This document shows, piece by piece, positions 24,901-33,846 of a stretch of 64,000 bases of DNA. The notes under the pieces were generated by a model. That model saw only the letters and a list, made by a program, of their open reading frames with translations. It had not been told where the DNA came from and searched no databases. Made by a program: the position numbers and the translations under genes. This DNA is from Takakia lepidozioides (Eukaryota > Plantae > Bryophyta). The number at the start of each line of letters is the position of its first letter. The first letter of the stretch is position 1. The stretch is taken from contig CM060733.1 in assembly GCA_030704615.1 (NCBI GenBank), forward strand, positions 53,382,001-53,446,000. Direction: 5' to 3'.

Positions 24901-25367
24901 AACAGTGCACCCCCATCATCACCCAACAGTACGCACTGCAAGTTTCTCCAGTTGTTTCTTCCGAGTCCTCCGCTCGGATTCCCAGAACTCTTCGATGGTC
25001 TATGGTTTGATTCATCCTCGTCGACGTCAGAATTCTCGGCAATATCCCTTGTCTCCGGCATAAAATCAGGATTCATGTCAGGCCCTCCTTGATACTCGTT
25101 ATTCTCCGCATTAACTTCGCCAACATTCCACACCACCGGGGTCCCAATTGCCTCCTTCAAGGTGTCAGCATCCATATGTCCATAAGGAAGAGGACATAAT
25201 GAGTGGGCTTCATCATATGATATGAGAACCACTGAAATGGTTGAGGAAGATAATTGCTGTCCATGACAGGTCCCAACCCCGGAGACATTAAGGCAGTCCC
25301 CAGTGGCTACTGGAGATGAAGACCCGGGAAGAGTAAGAAACACTCTTTGACCCATCTCTAAGCTCAT
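21966..25367 (-). pseudogene. Sola-like (DUF7869-type) DDE transposase, ~1050 aa when reconstructed, with N-terminal En/Spm Tnp1-like domains, a Cys cluster and a C-terminal Tudor-like segment
   Basis: Core motifs CIIHDKMD, LYLQMDNSAKDNKN and FLMVGHTHEDIDGFFS; CCRLHCC...VCETAW. ORFs 24885-25403, 24222-24866, 23354-23896, 22674-23444 and 21966-22490 join through in-frame stops, one intron (~23915-24075) and a frameshift near 23385. Confidence 0.8.
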
Positions 25368-25899
25368 GATCACCGGAACCTCCACTGCACACGCGAGGTT
25401 CAAGAAAACCCTACCCTCCCTCCGGACACCTTACTTACAGTAATAAGCAGTATGAGTTAAGACTATATTCAGAGATGAATCAATACAATAAAAGGAAATA
25501 CACTCGCGTATGAACGTTTCAGAGAAGTAGAATAGAAATGGAATTACTGTTTGGTCTGGAACATGTCATATGAAGATTGTGTCTAATTATATAACCTCCA
25601 CTGTACAGTGGAGGTTGGATGAGATAATAATGAAAAAAGTCGGACGGATGAATACTATGGATGAACATGGTTACATGGATGAATAATGGTAATGACGGAT
25701 GAATGTGAGCATTGACGCGACTGTCCAGTGGAGGTCCACAACTTGAGGTATGACGGAATACAGAAATTGAAGAGTATTGGACTGTAACTTCTAAACATGC
25801 AGATGAGAAATAAGTATATTTTCATGTAGAGTATCGAAAACACACAGATGTCATAACATTTTGTACGGGAGAAAGCAGTTCACACGAGAGATTATGGAA

Positions 25900-26900
25900 A
25901 TTCAGAGAGGTACACCTGCGATGGCCACAGAGGTATAGGATGCTCAGAGCGGTGCACTATGGGAAATTAGGTGGGAGATGACCAGAGAGGTGCAGGAAAC
26001 ACAATCTGCAAGTGAGAGGAATGGAGATAGAAGTTTGAACAGTTTGCACTCAGACCTTATATAGAGGTGGAAACCAGGTTGCCCGCTGGAACTCCTCCAA
26101 TGGGATAGTGCGATACATTGTCTCGCGGATCGATTTCCGTCGCCGTTGATATCCGATATGGCCACAATCGAACGGTTCTGGATGGTGCAGGAGTGCATTC
26201 TTTGACCGATTTCGGAAAAGAGTGTCCTTTACTGGTAGATCCCTATATAACAATTATGATGCCAGAACGATAACGGCCGATAACGGTGGTTCAATGGTTT
26301 CGCACTCGTGCTTATCAAGCAGTACGTATTTCGCATTCAATGATGTCCAAGTGGATGAAGGCCTGACGCCGATGACAAGCGTTTCATGAATTCGTGCAGC
26401 TATGACACTTGGCCGAGAATGCGGCAGGCGTAAATGAGTGACAGAGGAAATATTCCAAGCCTTAATCCGCCGAATGTAGACATGGTCAGGAGCAATAATT
26501 CCCAACGGCAAAACGCCGCAGGAGGATCTGACTTATACATTTCATTTATCATCACGTGTGGGGTGTGGGAAATATCCCGCGGGGTTATAATTAATGATCC
26601 TGTGCAAGGGATCATTAACGTCATATTTTCTCGTTCATTCATCTGTTTATTCATTTCATCTAGTCATTCGTAAAATGGATGGACAGAATGGAAAGGATGA
26701 ATTGGATGATATTTGCATGGATGTTAGATGGAACACGCGCGACCGTTCGATTTCGAAAGGACGCGATGGTTCAGATCCTTTGCGACGGCACCATATAAGG
26801 GGTGTGGTCATTCAGCCCACCCTTTCGCCACTCCATTGTGTACGCGGAAGCGCTGCGGAAGTGGTAAGACCGACTAGCGCTAGAAAACAGAGAGTTTTGA
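25900..26900. promoter_or_regulatory. Putative divergent promoter region of the DNA transposon
   Basis: TATA-like CTCTATATAAG on - (~26057-26067) and CCATATAAGG on + (~26791); repeated CGATTTC and AACGG/CCGTT motifs; GA-rich 5'UTR-like tract at 26880-27100. Confidence 0.5.
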
Positions 26901-28064
26901 AGGGGGGAGAGCGTGAAGATCAAAGAGCGTGTTGTGCAGGGTGCCGTGAGAGCTGAGAGAAGAGAGCGTGCAGTTCAGTGCAGCGTGAGAGTGCAGTGGA
27001 GGAAATGAAGCAGACAGCGGATTCAAGTGCAAACAGGAGACGGGAGGGAAGCAGAGCGTAAGGGAGAGCGGAGTGGAGCGGTGGAAGCTTAAGGGTCAGG
27101 CGTTTCAGGTCAGCAACAGGGGCACCGAAATGGCTCACGCATCCAACAGATAATGTTCTTGTTTACGCATCTGGTTTTGATTTCATTCTCTCTTGCTCGC
27201 TTTGATGTCATTCTCTCATTCTCTCTTTGTTCAATTTGTTGATTTGCTTTTCTTTTTGTTTTGCTGTTGCTTTTGTTGGTCAGCATCGTCCATGTCACTG
27301 TTGATTTGTTTCTCTTCCTCACTCGCTTTCGTTCCAAAGGTTATAGAGCACCATTTATTTCTTGCATGTCACGTTTCGTGAGTGTGCAGTCTTGTCTGCT
27401 GCGGAGCATCTCATTTCAATTCATGTAATTCCAAAGCTCTTTCAATTAGTTTGAATTGATTAAAGCTGTTTAGGTGTTTCAATGCATTGCTGCTTCTCTG
27501 CTGGTGGTTTGCATGGTGGTTTGTAAGGGTGGTTGGTACGGGTGGTTTGTGGTCCTGGTTTAATAGTGCTGCTGGATTATTAGGGTTATGGATTAGGGTT
27601 ATGGCGGGTTAGGATCATGGTTTTTTGCGATTGTTTTACCGAATTTCTGACATTTGAAAACGGGCTTTTCTTCAGGCCTAGGCTACTCTAGTAGACTAGT
27701 CTCCGTAGACCACTAGACCTCTAGTAGACCTCCATAAACTCTGGCAGGACAACCCACACGAACCTCGCCTGCCCAGTGGAGGTTCCTGCGTGTTACTATG
27801 CCAAGGCACAACATAAGGATGTATTGAGATAGACTTATGTCGGTGCCTCCCCTGCGTTGATTTTTTGTTCTGTTAGTATAAAAAGAAGGGGCGTAGGAGT
27901 GCACACGGTGGCCAAAGATGGTTTTGAGACCGTCATTGACATCTGTAAGAGGCCAAAGAGACAGAATCCAGTAAGCATCAACGAAGCAGAAAAACCAAGA
28001 CGCATCACCGGTTGTATCGAAAACAAAAACCTTCCAGAAGAGATCTGAGAATGAAATATCAAAT

Positions 28065-28481
28065 GTGGGCTCTGACGTGCAAACCTTCATAAATCTGGGC
28101 ACTAACGAATCAATGTTCGAGGGACTTATTCGACGGGAGACAACGACGGAGGAAACAGAGGAAGAGAAAGATGAAAGTGATGAGTGCAATCTTCAGTCTG
28201 ATTCATATAATGACATTTCTGTAGGAGATAGTGAACAGTACCCGGGATCCGTCCTTCCGTCCACTCCCGGATACAGTCCTCACTCTCCTCAGTATGCAGT
28301 ATCTGTCCTTGTAAATTCTCCAGAATATGTCCCCGCTGATTCTCCAAAATATGTCCCTACAGATTATCCTCAGTACGTCCCTGGACATTCTCCAGAATAC
28401 ATCTCTGGAGATTCTCCGACATATACCCCTAGAGCGTACTCCCCTGAAACCTTGAGGATGGTTCGAGAGAGCCTCCTGTAG
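28065..28481 (+). CDS. Small acidic ORF with tandem 8-aa SPxYVP repeats (Pol II CTD-like low complexity)
   Basis: STPGYSPHSPQY...NSPEYVPADSPKYVPTDYPQYVPGHSPEYISGDSPTYTPRAYSP, encoded by 24-bp tandem units (~28313-28430). May join upstream ORF 27857-28048 across a TGA. Confidence 0.5.
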   Translation: MGSDVQTFINLGTNESMFEGLIRRETTTEETEEEKDESDECNLQSDSYNDISVGDSEQYPGSVLPSTPGYSPHSPQYAVSVLVNSPEYVPADSPKYVPTDYPQYVPGHSPEYISGDSPTYTPRAYSPETLRMVRESLL

Positions 28482-28704
28482 TTATTGTAGATATAAGAAA
28501 ATGAAAAGATGAACCTCATCTTACAAAAGAATATCGAGTTCTTGTAGATATTGGGTATTCGTTATTCGAACAATTTTGAGACCGCATGATGTATTGAATG
28601 GCGAGACGAGCCTTCTCTGAATAAATGTTTTTTTCTTCTTATGAGTGATATCTTTTTCTTCTCCTGAATTGGATTCTTTTATCTGTCAGCTATGAGCATG
28701 TGAA

Positions 28705-31700
28705 GTGGTGAACCTCCACTGGACAGTGGAGGTTACTGTCCTGGGAGTTTTGTATGGTTGTTATAATATGTGTCTGACGACAGAGGTGGTTTGTTCTGTG
28801 GACAACAACATCACCCCTAGGGATTGTATTGTTGGAATGTGCAAACCTATCTGTGGTTCTTTTGTTTCTCCAAAATCTCCGAATTTCAAGAATGATCACC
28901 TGGCAATTTTTGAGCTCAACCTGGAGATCACAGAATGGGGCATTGTACCCGTTGGCACACCTCCGGACAATAAGTTCCGGTTCCAATACAAGATTGGTGC
29001 AGAGGTCGCCAAGCTCAAATATGCAGATGTGGTCGACGTAGAGCTGGAGATGGAGGTGGAATTCCCGATGCTGGTAATGTTCATGATGGAAGATGGTAGA
29101 TTTCCCAAAACGTTTGGCTTTGAACTGGAGGTACGAATTCTAAGGAAGGCCATGATGAGAGAGTCCATCAGGGCGGGGTTCACATATTGCGACAAAGGGT
29201 ACTCAATTTACAGATGAAGGATTTTGCATGGCTTGGGGTATTTTCTTGGATGTGCTTTACCTAAAGGGTAAGGAGATTGCAAAGACGCGGAAGGAGGAGG
29301 CTGCAAGAGGGAGGCCAAAGAAGGGAAAACGGAAATCCATTGACGCCGGTGGTGATGAGAATGAAGCCAGGACATCAGGGGGAAAGAAGAAACAAAAGGA
29401 GGAGATGGATCCCGCATTCATGACAGATAACAAGAAACCCAAGGCTACAGACATATTCGACAAAGAGAAGTGTGAGAAGATGCTGGAGAGGCTGGAGCAA
29501 GACTACAAGGACATGTTTCTTTTTGGGTTTGAGGCGACCCATGACGTCAAAGTTTCCATGATGGAGCTTGCTCCTAGGGATATGGTGTACAGGCTAAATG
29601 TGAAACACAAAGACGAAATCAAAGCGCGTCTTTACCAGCTCCGGGTATTCGACTCCAAACATCCGGTTTATTTGATTCCCGTAAACCCCGAGAAGCCTAT
29701 GGAGGTTTCTAATTCGAAACCTCGAAACTGGAACGAGGTGGAAAATTCCAGATTCTTCGTCATTGGTGGACAACACAAGATCATTGCTGCCAAGGTATAT
29801 TTCTCAACAAATTCCAATTTTTGTAACAACATGAACTTTAACATGAACCTTCATGAACTTTAAACAACATGCTTGTTAGGTCGATATCATTTCTGACCTT
29901 ATTCAATTTTGTCGCATGAACTTGTGCAAGACGTAGACGACGACAATCTTAAAAAGTACTACACTGACTGGCCCTCAAACATTATATGGTCAAAGGATCT
30001 GATGAGGCTCGTGAAGGTATCTAAGCTCCTAAACGACCCGAATAAGGCGCAGAAATTTGACACAAAATTTCCTAAGAAAGTTGCACATGCCCGAAATTTC
30101 TTCGAGCTGAGGGGGAGGCCAAAAAAGTACAACGATCACACAACGAAGTCGGAGACTAGACAATGGAAGGTAAATGATTCATTGTGTTTTCTATTCCTTT
30201 TGCTAGAGAACCAAAATATTTTCAAGCTCGGATTTAATGTGACGAACGGAGACCGCATTACGAAGCATTGCATTACGAAGTAGGAGACACTACAAAAATA
30301 GCCTCATAAGGGAGGGTGCTACAATGAACGAGCGGGATGGTTCAGCATTCGGAAATTCGACATGGTGGGGTCTTTTGTAATGTGTCTTGTTTGGTAATGA
30401 GGTGCTTGTCCAGCTCTTATTTTCCCAATCTATTTATGTTCTCCACCTGTAACAGTTCCGCAAATGTGCCGCAAAAATACTTGATACATCATATGATCAT
30501 GAAAACGTGATGTTGCGGAGAACGCTTCCAAAACTTTTCATGCTCATTGGGTTTTTTGAGGATTTTCTAGGTACACTCTTGGAACTGTTCCTGGTGGAGA
30601 GCATGAACAGATTGGACAAATTTGACTTGGAGGAGCACCGCATTCCGAAGCAGGAGACACTACAGAAAGAGCTTCAAATTACAAGGCACAACAAGATGGA
30701 CGGAGATGAATTGGTAATCGAATCATCATTTGGAGTATAGTATAATTGACATGATAGTTGTGACTATTGTTTCATATCAAAAATTAATATCAAATATTGA
30801 ATGAAATGTCTAACTTTGGCCCTGATTATTTTCGCAGGAATTTATGCAAGGATGTCAACTCATACTGGAGATGAGTAGCGTGAAGGAGGCCATGGTTCTG
30901 GTTCTCTGTGACGAAGACGTATGGAACCTGTGGGAGGAGGTTTTCAAACAGTGGGAACAAGGGAAGCTTATTGATATTTTCGGGATTCAGTGCAAGGGTG
31001 AACAACTACCGCTGAATAAAACCGCTATCGCGAAACTGCAAGGACTTAATAGCAGGCAGTTGAAAAGAGTGGCGGAGAAATTCCTAAACAGAGACATTTG
31101 CATTCGGGGAACGAAATTCAAGGGCGCGGACAAATCCAAAAACACAATGAGCGCGTATATTGACCAAATGAAATTGCGACGGTTTGTTATCGACGATACA
31201 ATAAAAGTCTTAGGGTGGCCTCGGAAGAGCAAACAGAACCCGGAACCGTATACCAAACAGGAGTGGCGTGATGTAAAAAAAAAATACAACTTCAATAAAG
31301 CTGCGTTTGAAACTTTTCGAGATCGGCTCGGGAACGACTACATTGTAACCAAACATAAGATGAATATGGAGACGCAGCCAATGATTGCTGCCTTCAAGAA
31401 GTATGTCTTGTCGTGCAAGCAGACCTTCGAGGATAACTAGAATGCCCTGGCGATTCTACGCACGAACTTCAGGTCCTATTACACACAGCTGGGGGGAAAC
31501 CAGAAATTTGCTGATGCCAGATCACGGTTGGGACTTGCACCGAAGAAACGGTTTGACGACATATCCATGGTGTTCGTCAATACAGTTTGTGATGATGACT
31601 CTGTCGTCTTCGAGGCAAAGGACTACTCCAATATCCTGGATGCTTTTGTGACTCGGAAGCTAATGTCTAGTGCATTTGTGTTTTTCTCGACACAAGAATC

Positions 31701-32101
31701 ATCGGAAAATCTTGTGTCATACATCCGGAATGGTCCTGGATCAAAATAGTTTATTATCCGACAGGGTTATTACATTCCTGGCGAGTTTGAATCTCCTTAC
31801 AAGAGCTGCACGACTATTTTCTCCCGTATGGTCCTCTGCCTCGGCTACGTATTTCCGGCAACAGATGAGGAGATGGTGAATCCGGACGATCACATTCAAA
31901 CTGTTTTGTTAACGCCGGACCCAATTAATCTCGTTATCCAAGGACCAGATGTAGACCCGGCCTCGTAGGAGAATGAGTGCAGGACTTACACTCATGAGCT
32001 GAGGATGGACACCTACGATTACCTTGTTTTTTTTTTTTTGCAGGGACGGAATGTCTTGTGTGAACATTTTCGGAGGACTGTCAATGACATACGTTCTGCT
32101 T
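28705..32101 (+). pseudogene. Spliced cargo gene: ParB/Sulfiredoxin-like domain fused to a C-terminal degenerate N4/N6 DNA methyltransferase-like fold
   Basis: ParB-like: HDVKVSMMELAPRDMVYRLN...HPVYLIPV...FFVIGGQHKIIAAK. Introns ~29794-29917 and 30170-30837. MTase-like: DDISMVFVNTV...KLMSSAFVFFS...HELRMDTYDYLV...CRDGMSCVNIFGGLS. Frameshifts near 29200 and 32030; TAG stops at 31438, 31747 and 31966. Confidence 0.6.
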
Positions 32102-32356
32102 GTAAGTGGATTCTGCATCTTGGAATTGTCTATGTTTTCAATTTGCCGGAATAGCGTGTTTAACCTGTGTCTAAATGTTTCCATTTTGTCAACCTCCACT
32201 GGGCAGTGGAGGTTCATGTTATTGGAGTTGTGGGTGTTTTGGGTGTTTGTTATTCGGGAGTTTGGTGTGTTTGTTAGTTGTCTAAAATGAAAGCCTAACC
32301 CTTTCAATCTTTCGATGGTTGGTGTTCGTAGGATTTATTTTGATATCATTGTATGG

Positions 32357-33053
32357 TGTTAGAGGGCTGCTTGGGACTTAGACGCTTTTACGGGTTCTGT
32401 GGGGTACCCTTAATTTTTGCGTAGACTGAGACCAACAGGAGCCTTAGGGGTGGTAGCAGCAGGCTTTAGGGGGTTTATACAGTCCGACACAGCTTTACAC
32501 AGCCAGTCACAGCCGCCACAGCTTTGCACAACCCGCCACAGCTTCGCACAATCCGACACAGCTCGCCACAGCCAGTCACAGCCAGTCACAGCTCGGCACA
32601 GCTTGACACAGCCTGTCACAGTACATGGAGAACAGTTATCATTGACAGGGAACGACTGTGAGGGAACGACATCTGCAGAGGGAACGTGTTACTTCAGGGA
32701 TGACGGTTAGTTAGTTAGGTGGTTAGAACAGCTTGCGGGCAGATAAGGAGAGTGGCAATGGAAAGAGGATGACGGGGGGGAGAGGGAGCGCTTCTTGGTC
32801 ATGCGGAAGAGAAGATCAGGGGAGAGCAAGAATGAGAGCACAGAGAAGGAGGAAAGATGAACAGTAGATGCTTATACATGCAAAATTGTAATGATACTGT
32901 AGGGCAGATTAGAGTCACCATGGTTAGGGTTTAGGTTCTGATACTTATTCGATACAATCACACTGTGTAGAGAGACATGAGTGAAGCTGTGAAATGAATG
33001 CATGATTAACTGGAACTAAGTAGATACTGAAGCAATCTGATGCTTCAGTAACA
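32357..33053 (+). repeat. 5' LTR (end inferred from TGTTA...TAACA), containing a 10-bp ACAGCNNNNC tandem array
   Basis: 32357-32478 matches 45180-45301 with a few mismatches; array at 32479-32622. The 3' boundary cannot be confirmed because the 3' LTR is truncated. Confidence 0.7.
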
Positions 33054-33130
33054 GATAAGGTAATTTGATAACATGAAGGCAAGAAGGAATACAAATGGGA
33101 AGCACAACCATGATTCACTAGCTGCAGGTC

Positions 33131-33826
33131 ATGACTGATTGTTCTGAGCGGGCTGAGTGCTTAGAGATATCCAACTCTTCTATCTTGGAGTTTCCACCTC
33201 GGATAGCGAAGGGATGGGTGAGTAAAAGCCGTTCGACATTTGGCGACCATACTGGGGACCTGGGTCATGAACAACCAGATGTGACAGGCATCTGGTGGGA
33301 TCATGGTGGTTGGAGAATTAAAGAATTTGATGTGAATCAAATTCCCTGTGAAACTGAGAAGGAAAGATTGTCCAAACAATTCTTTCAGAGGTTCTTGGAA
33401 TTGCCAGACGGTTGTAAAGAAAACATTCTTAAGAGAGTGCATGATGCTGACCCTGAGTGGGGTCTGGAGAAAGGAGTGATAAAGATTTATCAGGTGGCCT
33501 GTAGAGGAAGAGCACGTTGGTTACCAACACTGGTTTATGTGATAGCATTGCTATCCATTAAGCGAGTAGAGTTTGAAGGCTGGGAGGAAAGGAAGGTGAA
33601 TGTTTATACTCATATGCATGAAGAGCTTGTACTGGTAAAGAATTGGATTCCAAAGGATATTCTGTGGATCAAACTCACACCAAGAACAGCTTTCCAGACT
33701 TGTTTGCCATATGGTTATATGGTAACGGAGACTTCTAGTATAGCCAAGGGTGCATTGAAGCTTGAAAGAAACCCAGGCATATACGAGAGATACTACAGAA
33801 GAGAGTTTTGGTTATTGCCACATTAA
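33131..33826 (+). CDS. Extra 5' ORF (231 aa) upstream of gag, unknown function
   Basis: Uninterrupted ATG-initiated ORF between the LTR and gag. Confidence 0.6.
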   Translation: MTDCSERAECLEISNSSILEFPPRIAKGWVSKSRSTFGDHTGDLGHEQPDVTGIWWDHGGWRIKEFDVNQIPCETEKERLSKQFFQRFLELPDGCKENILKRVHDADPEWGLEKGVIKIYQVACRGRARWLPTLVYVIALLSIKRVEFEGWEERKVNVYTHMHEELVLVKNWIPKDILWIKLTPRTAFQTCLPYGYMVTETSSIAKGALKLERNPGIYERYYRREFWLLPH

Positions 33827-33846
33827 AGAAATGAAAGACATGGGAC

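Larger units (their letters stand above)
21861..32215. repeat. Eight dispersed copies of a 24-26 bp palindrome GAACCTCCACTGNNCAGTGGAGGTTC
   Basis: Copies at 21861-21886, 23943-23968, 25376-25401, 25593-25616 (perfect AACCTCCACTGTACAGTGGAGGTT), 25712-25737 (degenerate left arm), 27760-27785, 28710-28735 and 32190-32215. Confidence 0.9.
19811..32356. mobile_element. Large multi-gene DNA transposon (Sola-like transposase plus divergent cargo genes), decayed; right part interrupted by the Gypsy insertion; left boundary approximate
   Basis: DDE transposase pseudogene, divergent promoters, cargo pseudogenes and a palindrome family confined to this interval. No TIR pair or TSD could be verified. 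Confidence 0.65.

Noticed and set aside
28705-32101. Bacterial or phage contamination explaining the ParB/MTase-like gene
   Set aside because: It has GT-AG introns and an NLS-like tract, and is contiguous with plant TEs.
21861-32215. Palindromic repeats as a CRISPR array
   Set aside because: Spacing is 0.1-3.5 kb and irregular, there are no cas-like ORFs, and the context is eukaryotic and spliced.
32479-32622. 10-bp LTR array and its ORFs (32410-32619, 32417-32710, 45233-45476) as genes
   Set aside because: The frames are open only because of the stop-free minisatellite.
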